DNA of 56,967 bases, filler included, from Dirinaria sp. TL-2023a (taxonomy: Eukaryota), in assembly GCA_051941275.1 (NCBI GenBank). It is 5 parts of 5 records of this genome, joined end to end, with 100 filler letters (N's around TTAATTAATTAA, not from the genome) between each part and the next. Parts side by side here need not be neighbours in the genome. Positions count along the whole stretch, not along the records: positions 34,268 to 45,578 come from JAVEBF010000856.1; positions 45,679 to 56,967 come from JAVEBF010000857.1; 3 more parts are not named here. One strand, given 5' to 3'. The notes beneath the pieces were generated by a model. That model saw only the letters and a program-made list of their open reading frames with translations, did not search any database and had not been told where the DNA came from. The position numbers were made by a program, and so were the translations under genes. Shown piece after piece: positions 37,803 through 50,545 of this stretch; the stretch's first letter is position 1; the number at the start of each line of letters is the position of its first letter.

Positions 37803-39446
37803 TGTGATGAGACTGGGAAGACTTGTTTCGGCTTTGATAGAGACCGATGCCTTTAGAACTGCGCTTGAGGTAATAAAAGGTACAGGAGAGCCTATTGTAC
37901 AATTTGACTTTTCCAAAAGCAGAGCGTTTTGATTAATCAGCCATCTCAGAGCGCTAGCTGACAAACATTGCGATCAGCATCACGTGACGGGTCATTACCC
38001 AAGAAGCCTTTCGATTTCCCCCGAGTATCCTGGGCATTAGTAACATAGTAAGAGAAATTTTGAAAAGTTTTCAATGGTGTTTGCTCTTACACAAGCTGGG
38101 ATCGTGATTTCGGGCGTTTTAGACGAGGGTTTCTTCTTTATTTTCTCTTTTTGAACTGCTAGCCATGTCTGTACGAAGTTTGCCGCGGAAGTACCCAAAA
38201 TCAGTTCGTCTTGAATGATCAATCTTTCAAATTTTTTCTATCTCACTGAACAATGAAGTCTCTTGGATTCGGTTTCTCAGCCTGGCCGAATCCGGACTAG
38301 CCAATGCTGATCATACAGGCTGACCAATGGAGAAAAGTGAAAATCGCACGGTCTATCAATAGCCGATATCGGTTTTCTCTCCACCTTTAGCGTCCAGATT
38401 GCTGATATCTCGGCTAGATCATTTTTGGCGACTATCGGCGGGAATTTAAGAAGAGTGTTCATGTCATTAGTAACTTGGATCTCACGTTCGGTGATTCTGA
38501 GATGCTTCGTTACGTTATCAATAATTATTCCCAGTAATGAAAAATCTTGACCTTGGTCCATTGATGTTTCTGTCGATTACTCTACCGCTTGAGTCTCTTT
38601 ATTTCTAGGTACGCTAGCCATTCTTCGTGAACTCTCTCGCTCAGCAGCTTCAATCGGATCCTGAGGAGCCGGATTCCCGTCTCTAATCGATTATCTTCAA
38701 AATATCAACGCTAAGGCGGCAAAATTGTGTCACGAGCAGCGATCACAATTTCGATGATTATTGAACTTCAGATTTTGCTCATTTTTTTGTCCTCGTTCCA
38801 ATGCACGTCTTATAACTCTGCTTCCAAGCCAAACGCAGAATATAGCGCAACTGGTTACAAGAAGGAGTTTCTTGCAGTGTGATTTCTATATTGGCAAGGC
38901 TATCAGCACGTTCAGTATTCAGTAACAAGGCATTCCCCTGTATGCTTAGTGGAACGCTTTATTAGCGGGCTCGCGCACAATGTGCTCAGACTTGATAGGC
39001 TGCAGAACTCAAATTCCTAGATGGTTGAAGGAAAGAGAGAGAGTAATCATTGCTAACCTTAAGGTCACATCAGCTGAGCTTTAGTTGTCTTCATTGCCCT
39101 TTTTGTCATGACCAACAACTTTATCGAAACAAGGCGAGCTTCCACTTTTATTGATCAGCTGTCTTTTCCCACGCAAATGCAGTCTATACTGAATTATCAA
39201 CAAGTGATAGCTTTCGTCTAGGGCTTATATTTACAGCGGCTGGCACTAAGGTGGTCATAACTTAACGTACTCAGTCTAATCCTCCAGTATGGCGCCTCTG
39301 GAGAATTTTCAAAATTGAATATGAATATCTGACCTTTAGACACTGACATATATTCGATTCTTTCCAATGACCGATTTCTTTTCGTGGAGTTGAGCAATCT
39401 TGAATCGAACGTCATAACAGGTTCACTAGCAACGGATCGGAACACT

Positions 39447-42400
39447 TCAGTCCGTCTGGGTGCCTCTTTCTCGATGAAATACGCGAGCCACATAACCCTT
39501 CACCCGTTCGAAATAAGCCGCAAAAAGAGCGCAGGAGATAATCAAAAACGTGAAGGGCAGTTCGACAGCCCAGAAAAGTCCCTGGCCCGAACCCATATTA
39601 CGAATATCGTTGGTGTTCATACCGAAATATCCAGTCACGAAGGATAATGGCAGAAAGACGATGGTAACGACAGTGAAGATCAGAATTGCTCGATCGTTGG
39701 TCTCCGACTTGATAGATATTGATTGCGCAGCCTGCAAATAGCGAATTAGCTGTGTTAGATGAGGCTCAACCGTATACTGGTGGTCTAATATCAACGTACT
39801 GTGTTCTGAATGGAATCAGTTTGAATCAGTAACTCTTCAAAGTCTTCAATACGGCGGTCAACCTCGAGACGCATTCTTTCAACAACTCTATGAGGTAAGC
39901 TTGTCGATGGTAGCGAGTATATATCTCCTGGAATATCATATATATCATCTTGGCTGCCCTGTCTGTAAAGTGCATCCCAGAAGCTGTGCAGAACGTCTCT
40001 TTGTTTCAATAGAACGCTTTTGATGACTTCGATCTCATCACGAAGCATCTTAATGTCTTCGTATACTCTCACGCTAGCTTTATGACTGACCGAGTATTGC
40101 TGGAATCACTTATCAGTCTGCTGATCAGCGATCACCTAACGAACCGGAGACCAACCATCTTAATTGCGTACTCATTGTACAATTCAGTCAGGTAGAACGT
40201 TGCTCCTTCAGGCGACAACATGTTTTGCAAATTTTCCATCATAATTGCAAGGAGACCCTCACCATACACCGGGTCAAAATTAAGTTCGGCCTTGTCAAAG
40301 CCCACCATTCCAACCAATTGCTTCATGCTTTCCAATAAATACCTCTGGCATGCCGAAAAAGTGGCGTCCAGCTGCTTCTGTGCATACGCTGAACGAGAGG
40401 GTGCACCAGCAAAGACCAAAAGCACCACTAGACTCTTGAACGCGATGGGCGCAGCTCGAGGTAGGTAGAGGAGTTCTGACTGTTCTCCGTCTGGTCGCAA
40501 TACACCGGCTCGCATGTCACGAATCGTTCTCAGGACCTGAAGCAGTTGGAGCAAGATGTTCTCGACACGAACGTGGTCCTGGTAACCAATCAGCATTTAC
40601 CTTCTTCCATTAATAAAACTATTCAGCGATTCGCATGTTTCGGGCCCCCTTCGTGCACGAGTCTGCAAAAGTAATGAATGCGTGAAGTCGAGCAAACCAA
40701 AAACTCGAGCGTTGTTGGCTAATATGTGCCGATCATAGATGCCCGCAATTACTTTGGAACATGATCTCTACACCATCTCTCCCATATGTACAGAACACCC
40801 GTTGATTTCGTCCACCTGCCAGATCGATGGGGAGATACTCAATCATGATTGAAAACATACCTCATCCCGTAACAATCCGTAGATTGCTCCCCAGAACTTG
40901 CCTACTATCACTGAACGGTTCTCGACGGGAACAAAAGCGCCCAAGATACGTTTCGCGGTTTTCAACAACCTGGTCTGGTTTTCGTGGAAGATGACAGCAG
41001 TACCATGGTTTCCGTTCAAGGTTCCAAGATCAAGCTTGATAGCTTGATCCTTGAGTATAGCTTCGCTTTCACTCGCTTGCCGCTCTTGTCCATGCTTATA
41101 AAGAAGCTTTGCTGCGATGTTCTGTGGAAAAGATCGGTCTATCGTAACAAGGTCCTCATGGATCTGTTCAAGCACCATGCCGAGTTTGAAAGCATCTGAT
41201 AAAGTAGTCTTCTGTGATTTCTCCTCTCCATCCATGTCGATTGATGCAGAAGCATCTTTGGCTGATTTCCCCAGCTTCGCTCCTTCCTTTTCATTGCTAG
41301 CAAGCGGATCCCGAGCATCTAACCGCTGGGACGGTTTTATTTGCAGCCCTGTAGACCACAGAAAGATAGGTTGAGATGTGTCGTCCTGGTCTTGTAGAAG
41401 CTCGTGGCTCAAATGATTGATAGACCGTTGACGATACGAGAGAGGCATAATCGCCTTCGCTGCCTCAATTCCGCTTTTAGGTGCTCTGCCTTTTAAGCCT
41501 GACCGCTCCACCTGTTCGTTCGCAAATCGATCTGTGAAGCTCGGAAAAGGTTTTTTCATCTCACTCAATCCTAACTCGGCCATTGTAGCAATAATACGTT
41601 GCCTCGGAGGAAAATAGCGGACTTCTTCTAAAGGCTCTCCTATATGGAGCATCCTATGTCTGGCACGACCTCGCGATTTTAGGTGGCCTTCGATGCCAAA
41701 ATCGTCATAGAGGCCTTGATGTCTTGGCTCTAGCTCATATCTTCTATCTGGCCTCTGCCATATCTTCTCGTCTATCTCGAGACGAGGAATGCCCTTGAGA
41801 TTAGGTACCCGGGGAGCTGAACGGTCTTCGTCGGCTTGGAATATTCTACGCGATCCTCGAAATATACGTGGTTCCCTATACCGTTCTCGAGTTCCATAGG
41901 GTTCATGCGGTACAGTTGTTTCGCCGTTCCCATCTTGATCGTCATATCCTGCGGGGAGAATGGATGTATTTTCTACATTATTTGCGTCTACTGGAACCTT
42001 TGTTTGGTTTTGCGTAGAGTATTCATCATAATCTTCCTTGATTAAATGTATCAGTTTGATTTCCAGCTCTGGCACCAGCTTATATTTCAGCGAGTATATC
42101 AGCTCGTCATTACCTTGTTGCTCTGCATTTCGAATTTCTTCATATAATTTGTGTAACTGGTGCTCTGCGTTCGAGATAGGATCAGCTGTGTCGGCAGTGT
42201 TTGAGCGACTTGAATAAGGACTAGAGGAAGTGTAGCCACGGTGAGAAGACGAATACGTCGAGCGGCTTCTACGACTTGAGATAGAGCCGGCATTAGAATC
42301 CTCACTGGAATCGGTGCTATCAACCTGTCCATCCTGCCCTCCACCAGATGTATAATTTGTATCGCTACGTTTAACGAGCAGAAGGCGCATCAACGGCCTC

Positions 42401-43761
42401 CTTGATTCTCTCAGCATCATTCTCCAAGCATATGGTGAGATGACTGTTTTTCGGTTGTCCAAAACTAGCTTAATTCTAAGTCTAACTCTGGGTCCCAGCA
42501 GACGACGAAGCATATGGCGACTTTCTGCTGGCTTTCTACTTATTATCATATGAACAAGTTCCTAGATCATTATCAGCGGAATGAAAATGTCATCCAGATT
42601 TTGGTGTTTACGTAGAAGGTTTGGCAGGATGCCAAAGGTAAGTAGTACATGTTTTCTTCAGTATCTATGAATTGAATACACCACGATGACTTATCGTGAA
42701 GAGCTCTAGGATATGGTCGAAGATCAAGCGTCTTCCCGCGCACAGCGCTGGTTTCGAGAGGACTACAGGTAAGAATGGTACCTGGAGTGATCAGCGTGTC
42801 GTTGAGTGCTGCTCCCTGTGAAGAGGGGTAAGTCTAAAAATAATCGGAACCTACGTTTACCGATAATCAATGCCCAAATATACGAAATATACACAAGATG
42901 GTTCAGACCAGCGCCACCAGACTTAGCGGCGACTTGCTTAGAATCTCGATTTTGAGTTGAGTCTAATTTATACCTCCATTGCATGAGCCCACGAGCCGGA
43001 TGCCCAAGAAAGTCTCTGGGAGGCATAGTCCGTCGGCTTGGTTCTAAGGAGAAGATCGGCATGCAGACGAATGATACTCTTCGAAGCTTGCGGCCACTCT
43101 TGTCGTTAGGATCCCGCGCTTGACCCAGAATCGTCACTGGTTCCAGGAACCTACCATGTGCGAACCCTTTTTCGCACATTTTCTCGACTTTTTGGAGAAC
43201 GCTATGTGCAAGTTGACGGTAATCATCGTCAAAATCGGGCAAATGTGCCTGCTCTGATTACCATCATATCTAGAAAGATTACAAGGGTGCATACGCGAAA
43301 TTCGTCGAGCGTCGAGGCTTCACTATATAGGTGGCTATACAACTGTTAAGGGTGGTCGGTCACATGACGTACTGCAGCACTCACATCCATTGTTGATTGG
43401 GCAGAACAGCCGCTCTGTCTTGATTTGAAATGCCATCCTTTGTGATAAGAGCGACGACATCTCTTCCATTTTCGTCTTGGCTGACCAAAGTACTGAGGAT
43501 CTGGAGAATCTGAGCCCGCCTGAGTGCAACAGGTTCGATGGATTTCCCTGTCTCTGTCATCCCACTTTGCAGCCTTGAATGATTTTTCTCAATGCCTTGT
43601 TCTTCATCTAAGATCTGCTGTTGCTGATTTATAGGTGTATTGAAAAATCGAATGTTGGTGCTCGACCTAGGGGGGGGCCTTTCTGCTGAGGCATGGTAGG
43701 CTCCGCCGTATTGTGGTTTGCGCGGCGTCCGGGAAGACCTTACTAGCACAGGAGCGTCCAT
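39447..43761 (-). CDS. Large fungal protein with C-terminal CorA-like two-TM/GMN module
   Basis: Exons can be traced in frame via GT-AG introns from MDAPVL. The C-terminus RAILIFTVVTIVFLPLSFVTGYFGMNTNDIRNMGSGQGLFWAV follows a coiled-coil stalk. The start codon is less certain. Confidence 0.8.
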
Positions 43762-44639
43762 CTCGTAACGAGATCAGCGACAGAAAGTCACAGCACGAGC
43801 TCCTACAGTGTTTCACTTGATGATGGCGTCTTACGAGCCCACGCGGATTTGACGGACCTGGCAATTGAACATACGATGCAGACTTACAGTGCAGCTGAAA
43901 GCTCACATAGGAGGATCAATATGAGAGCACACCAGGCGCGAATATACCTGGCATGCTCACAGAGCACAGCTCTGTTAAAGATCAAGGGGCTTCGATATCA
44001 ACATTGATTGATTGGAAGACATGATGACACGCTGGGCTTTTCTAAGCGGCAAACCGGAAGCCGGCCCGGAAAGCTAGCCCTGAATAAGCCCTACATAAAG
44101 AAAAACCAATCCCAGTTCTTGGCAAATGATTCGATTATCATCGATTCGAACACCATGCATTTTCTTCTCCAGAACCCTGCTCATGCCAATTATTACCAGG
44201 AATTAAGTTCTGTCACATACATTTGATTATGAATGCTCAGTGAAATTCAAAGCTCCTCTGGAACTCGTTGCTTGTCACCCACCAAAGCAATTTGCCCACT
44301 TGCAATGAATCCTTGTGATGTGTCGCGGAGATTTGACCAGTGCTTCTGACTTTAGTCCTTTGACCCTAGGGAAATTCCATAGATAGTTGGCACCTTTCAA
44401 GACGTCCGGGATGAAAAATATGATGTAGGGTTTTAAGGGTTTGTAGTCAACTTTCTGGTTGAAGGTGACGTAAACTGCACAACTGCATGACTGCAAATCC
44501 GACTGACGAATGTGCTGAGCGACTGTGATTGTTGACGAAGACGTCAAGGGAATCGCGCTCCTGTGCGTATTTGTATTAAAGCTACCACTATAATTGAAGA
44601 TATGTAAGATTGGAGTGTAATAAATTATTATGTTCTGTC

Positions 44640-45578
44640 TTACAAATAGACCCACACACTGTGAGTGGCTTGAAAGCTAACGATGAGAGTTTCTTGGAGG
44701 ACGAAGAGCATCGCCGCTGCTTCTACCTCGACAGAGAGCTCAGCGAAGACACTGCACTGAATTTAATGAATCAGTTTAGCTTGAGTGATGATCGAGATGA
44801 ACTATCAAGGTCGTTGAAATTAGATCGAATAACGAAGACATTCGATGAAAATCTTCGCTCGATTCAATTTAATAATCACGAGAGGAACGAAGCGAGTAAA
44901 AATCAGATTTAAAAACAATTCGTGTAGTTGTGATATTTGTACAGCAAATCTCAATGCAGAACTCACGAACGAGATGTTGTGTCGAGGAGATTAAGTTTGA
45001 ATGTGACTTTCTAATAAATCTCTACGTTTTGGTAGATGGTTGTTGATACTCCGCTAGATCTCGTACAGATTTAGCTAGATCATAGCGTTCCAAATTGATC
45101 AAATTTTACGTTCGTCGCTAAATCGCATTAGCACAAATTCAAGCTGTCTTCCCGACAGGATAGAAAATTTAGTTGTGGCGGAAGTTTCGAAGAAAAAATC
45201 TTCTGTTCTTGTAGACGCATGTATCGAACAACCATCATGTCCGCCAGAAGCAAGAGTGTCTTTGTTAGACAAGTTTCCTCAGCAGAGGAGCCACCTAAAA
45301 ATATCACTCAAGATCATCATACTCTCCCTCATCTCCATAATGTCCTCCTTCGTGTCCACCTCTATGGTTTCCGCCTCGGCGACGGCCACTTCCACGACTT
45401 CCGCGCCCACCACGCCCACGCCCACCACGCCCACGATATCCTCCTGCATGATGTCCTCCTTCGTGATGTCCACCTTGATGAAATCCTTCTTCATGATAAC
45501 CTCCCTCTTGATATCCTCCTCCATGATATCCGCCTCCACGATGTCCTCCGTGATGTCCGCCGTGATGTCCACTTCGCC
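44640..45578 (-). repeat. Probable mutated repetitive element at the contig end, including a Gly/His/RGG-rich coding fragment (45578-45304)
   Basis: 44730-45150 is depleted of CC/GG like the Gypsy relic. A minus frame reads RSGHHGGHHGGHRGGGYHGGGYQEGGYHEEGFHQGGHHEGG...RGRGGRGRGGRG...EYDDLE*. Boundaries and family are uncertain. Confidence 0.5.
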
Positions 45579-45678
45579 NNNNNNNNNNNNNNNNNNNNNN
45601 NNNNNNNNNNNNNNNNNNNNNNTTAATTAATTAANNNNNNNNNNNNNNNNNNNNNNNNNNNNNNNNNNNNNNNNNNNN
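45579..45678. other. Artificial contig-joining spacer
   Basis: 44N-TTAATTAATTAA-44N. Confidence 0.98.
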
Positions 45679-47728
45679 TCCCACTCCTACTCCCCATCCG
45701 CTCAATATTCCTCATAATCCCGCTCCTTGCCCCGGTAGTCCCGGTTCCGCCGAGATTCATCCTCCCAATCCTACTCTCCGTCGCAGTCGCAGACGCCGGC
45801 GCAGGCGCTTTCAGACGGGACGAAGACGAGAAGCTGTTTCCGCGGGATATTGATGCTATTATTGGTTCGGATTGGTCCTGTGGGGTAGGGTTTGAAGGTT
45901 GTTGGTGAGAGGGTTGGGAAGAAGAAGAAGAGGTAAGAAGCATCATCTCCTCGGTGGCGGCGATGAGATCGGACATTTCGGCGCGCTCTTTGTCGAGCGC
46001 GCGCGCCAGCGCCGCGTTTTCCTGTTTTAGGGTTGTGAGGTCGGATTCGAGGGTGCGGAGGCGGGAGGGGTTTTCTTTTTCTTTTTCTTTTTGGGCGGTT
46101 TCTTCTTCTTCTTCTTGCGAAGGAGGCGGGTTTGTTGTGGTGGTGGTTGAAGCTGCCTGTGGTAGTGCGGGGATGATATTGGAGATGGTGGCGTCGCGGC
46201 CGAGACGCAGGTCTTCGTTCTCGAGCTTGAGTTCCGAGAGCGCGGTTTCCAGGTCGTGGATCTTCTTCTCCCAGCGCGCTTGGTAGGATTTTTTCAGCGC
46301 CCGCACTTTATCCTCGTGTTTGGTCTTGTATAGCGTGTGAAGCTCTTGCGCGACACGCTCGACGGCCGAATCGATTTCTTTTCTGCTGCTGCTGCTGTTG
46401 GTGTTGGTGTTGTGATTTTCGCCTGATGGGGCGGTGGTGGTAGAAGGTGTGCGTAGGCTCGCGAGTTTGCTTTCCGCATCGATGGCTCGAGTTTCGGCTG
46501 CTTCGCGCTTGCGTTCGCTTTCTTCAAGGTTGGATCGCAGATCCTCCTTCTCGCGGTCTGAACGCAAAATCTCTTCCTTCACCCCTCGCAGCACGTCTTG
46601 CATCTCCTTGTCCCGCTTCTCCCAGTCGGCTTTGCTGGCTTGCAGTGACTCTCGTGTTCCGCGCTCGTCGCGCAGTTCTTCGAGCGCTTCGCCCACGCGC
46701 CGCTCTGCGTCTCCGACGGCGTTAGAGAGAGCCTTGACTTCGGCTTCTTTCCCGCTCAGATTGGCGCGGAGGGAGGATATCTGAGACAGGAAAGACGATT
46801 TCAAGGATTCCAGCTCCCGGGCTGTGATTGAGGGGATAGAGCGCGGTGTCGGTGCGGGTGGTAGGTCAAAATCAAGTAGATTCGCGAGCTGCCGTGCCTC
46901 AGACGGTGTGCCGAGTGGGAGGGCATGTTTTCCTGGTGAAGGCGTTCGGAGGCCGTTCGTGTATTGTGCAAGGTTCGGTTGGGTTTGCGATTTCTTGGGA
47001 GAGGCACGATTGGCTTTACCTGGTGAAATGGTAGATGAGGGCGCGAAAGCGGAGAATTGTTCGGTAAAATCTACAAGCAGGTTTGTGGTGTCTCCATGGC
47101 TCGACTTTGGTTGACGCGGGGTCGGCGATGGAGAGCACTCTTCATACGATTGGCCTCGCCCGCTTGCTGGTGTGTTGGGCCGTGACCTTCGAGGTGTCTC
47201 GTCGCCGAATCCTTTCCGTGCCGACTTCGAAGGACTCATTAGATTATTCTTGAGTGGAGAGTTGCCTAACCGAGCGAAGGCCGTCATATCTGTGTTTGGA
47301 ACAGCCGAGAACGCTGTGAAGTGCGTATCGTCCATGCCGGGATAGCCTGAAGGTCCCTCGACAGTAGATGCTGCATCTTCGCCTGCATCATGATATGTGG
47401 ATCCATTGCTGCTCTTGGCACCCTGTTTTTCCTGAAAACCCTCGTTCTCTCGAAGCGCATCTGCCGTCAATGGCACTGGTTTAGGAGGCACAAGCTCTTT
47501 CTTTGGAGATGAGAGAGTTCTACTTAGGTTTCTTCGTTTAGCAGGCGAGTATACTACATCCTCCACGAACGGTGAGCTTGGAGGCTGACCCGGGCTTTGC
47601 GCGTAGTCGTTCTCAATGCCTGAAGCGATTGGCTTGGAGGGGGAATGGCTGTAGCTTGTCTTCCTTTCAATTGCTGGTGTAGCGTTCGCATTAATGGTTG
47701 ATAATGGCGAAAGAGGTTGCGACATCAT
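45679..47728 (-). CDS. Fungal TACC/Slk19-like coiled-coil spindle/kinetochore protein; stop codon lost at the contig end
   Basis: S/P-rich N-terminus and long coiled coil. Motif VERVAQELHTLYKTKHEDKVRALKKSYQARWEKKI resembles the Slk19/fungal TACC domain. ATG at 47728 or 47725. Confidence 0.75.
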
Positions 47729-48168
47729 TGGATTTGCCTTGTAATGTGTGATTGCAAGTCTGTGTTTGGCTTGCGCGATCTCAGTTGCTCGAAGTAAACA
47801 AACCGGCGGGCCAAGTCTTAGATATAGGACTGTCGTCCTCAACGTAATACCTCGCCTTTCTAATGCATTAAGTACCTCTCTCCTCTACCTGCGTTAATGG
47901 ATGCGCAATGGCACGAATGTGCTTCGTCAATTACAAGGTTTCACGGCTCTAGCAAATTACAATTCCTTACGCACTTAACTGAGATTTATGTGCTCCTACA
48001 CAAGATTGACAACCGCACGGAAGAAATGCACACGAACCGTTCCAGTTTCAAAGCGCGTACTCAAAGTGCCTAAAGTTTACTTTTATACTTTCTGAGCTCT
48101 ATGTAGCCTGAAAGATTACTCCCTAGTTCTTTCTAGAGTATTTAAACTTTTGTTGCCTTCGTTGAGCC

Positions 48169-48502
48169 TTAGGGTGCTACTGGGCTAGATCCCTCATTGA
48201 CCACGTTCTTCTCCTCCTTCGCTTTCGCATCGCCTATGTTCTGTCCGTCACCCATCTGTTCTGTGGTACTCTTGGCTTTGTTCGCTGGCGAAGGCGCTTT
48301 TGTTTTGAATTCAGGGTCATGGTTCCCGTACATGGCCATCTTCTCTCGGTAATTGTTTGGCTGGCCTGGTACTCGATCGTCGATTTTTGCCTGGGCTGTT
48401 TCTCAGTCAGCTACCTCATTTCAATGTTGACTTCAAGTGCCAATTCAAGAGCTTACGCGGATAGGCTAGACCCAGCCATGCAGGCCCTCCTGGTTGAGAC
48501 AT
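48169..48502 (-). CDS. Small two-exon hydrophilic protein, 90 aa (absent from the ORF track)
   Basis: Exon 1 48502-48457, intron 48456-48396 (GTAAGC...GCTGAC...CAG) and exon 2 48395-48169 join in frame to TAA. Start context AAGCATG, with TATAAA about 145 bp upstream. Confidence 0.65.
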
Positions 48503-50249
48503 GCTTGTCCTTTTTTCGAGTGGCCAAAAGGGGTGGACACACGGTTCTCGAGAGATAGTACGAGTTCTTTTGCCCGCAGTAGATGGACTTTCAGGTATTG
48601 GTGGGAGTAGTGAGCTAACAACGAGGGTACAGACCGGGTGTCGCTTTATAGGCTTTTGTTAGGAAGGAACACTGCAGGTACGTCACTTTTGAGAATGAAT
48701 ATGATCACACAGCCAATTGCGGCAAGTGTTTGGGGAACTTAACTCACAGATGAGAAATGACCACAGAGCTTTTTGAGGCTCTTTTGGACAGCTGGGACTC
48801 AGCCATGGTCCAGTGAAATTGTGTGTGTAATTGGTCATAAGTTATACGCGTCTCATCCTGCCAACACAACGATATGTACACATAACCCCAATCTAATCTT
48901 TAATTGTGTACGGTGCATCTTCAACACTTCGCATCGCTTAGTTATCTGGTCTGTCTAGCGATCGAACGATCTTGGTAGTACTTCATGTTGCAGCTAGGTC
49001 CATACTTAATGTTCGCTGTCGCTCGATGGTGCCAAATCTACTTCAGAGCTTTGGAGTACCTATCCATTATAGCACCAATGAACTCAATAGTATAGGCGAG
49101 CTCAGGCCACCTGCGAAGTACGTATTCAAGCGAATTTGGGGGCTAGTTTATGGAGGTTTGGCTCGTGCTCAGATACTGCCTCTTCCTTGACCTAATGCAG
49201 TCGCTGGTCATGGAAAGCAAAGACATGAAGTTATTATTGAATCGATGGCGGGCCCCGTTGCGATTGAATCAGGACGATCTTTCAGGCTATAGATGCTCTG
49301 TCAAGAAGATCTGGGAATAGCACGATAGTATTTGATTTGCAATAGAGATTCAAGCTTGCAACCAATACCCTTACCATCGAAAGTAAAGAAATTTCAGCCG
49401 CACACACCTGGCACAGCCAATAGTTCACATGCGAGCGGCCGACACCTTTGGACAGGGTGAGCGCAGTGAGACAGTACCGTTCATTGCGTGGCTTCTGACA
49501 GTTTCGTTAACAGATAACAATGACTTGAAGCGAGTTATGTTTGGCGAAGCCGTCTATTAAAATAGGACCTGGGTGAGAAATGCAGCATACATTCAACGCT
49601 CAATATACTGATTCCAGAATCCGCACTATTATTGTTCTCAGCTTCGTAATTTCATGAATTTAACCACAGGGAGGGTCTAGCTCTTTCTGAAAGCGCTTCG
49701 CATCTGATTCATGAATCGGTGGGTTGTAAATGCTGGAATGCAACCTTAAAAGAGGGAAATAAATATCTAATTTGTTCATAGTCAATTCGTGAAGAAAGTA
49801 GTTGTACGAAAGAACTACCCTACGATTAGAGAAAACGGCGGACTGACAAGGGACTGGAAGAAGTGATTGATAGGCCTGTCCGCATTTGAACAAGGTGAGC
49901 AGCCTGGACTGTTTCTATGTGGTCGGACGCATAGATACATTTGCAAGAACCTGTTCTAAGTCTCAAAAACGCTGGGGACAGACAGCAAAATCGCCAAGTC
50001 CAGCGAGTGCAAAGATCCGTGAGTAAGTAACGGAGTTAGTGATGGTGGGCGCAAACTACGTTACCTTAAGTATCTCCAAATTCCCGATTTACCGTGTTGG
50101 AATCGTGACAGCTCTCGTCTCTCGTCCATCGTCATAAATGACTTTGAATTATGATTTATACATTTTGTCCATGATATACGAGAAAGGGGAAATATTCTTA
50201 GTCAACTTTAGATGCTCTTCTGTATTTGCAAGACTAGACCCCAGACTTG

Positions 50250-50545
50250 CAAAAATAGTAGAAAAAAATTTTTTTTGTCAAGGCCCGGTGGTTAGTTTTT
50301 GGGGTTTGGGGTTTACTTACTTGGTTTGCCCCTTTTTGTATTTGTTACTTTTCTGGCCTCCTCCTCCTGTCTTTTTTTCTGTTTTTTTCTGGGGATCTTT
50401 CTGTTTTTTGTTTTTTTTTTTAAATTTCCATCCTCCTCCAATTTTTTTTCTTCCCAGCTTATTGTTTTTTGCCCTCCCTCTCCAAGGATCGGGAGTCGGC
50501 CGGAGGAGTTGTTCCTTTGTTTTTGTGTTTTTTTTTATGTTGGAA
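50250..50545. repeat. T-rich low-complexity tract
   Basis: Runs of T interspersed with CCTCCTCC. It explains the Phe-rich spurious ORFs here. Confidence 0.8.

Noticed and set aside
38363..38372. CCGATATCGG (CCG-N4-CGG, Leu3-type site) upstream of the Gfo/Idh/MocA gene
   Set aside because: A single 10-bp palindrome is expected by chance in a window this size.
36569..43761. Contig 4 as Starship or other giant-element cargo
   Set aside because: No tyrosine recombinase captain or element boundary is visible. Repeat-flanked accessory genes alone are insufficient.
45175..45630. Ser/Thr/Met-rich and His/Asp-rich plus-strand ORFs, and the 97-aa minus ORF
   Set aside because: They are alternative frames of the Gly-His/RGG repeat. 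The GGHH frame is the most protein-like reading.
1017..47728. Apparent cluster of spindle/kinetochore genes (BIK1, DCTN2, HSK3, TACC/Slk19-like)
   Set aside because: HSK3 and the TACC-like gene lie on different contigs joined only by artificial spacers. Only BIK1-DCTN2 is real linkage.
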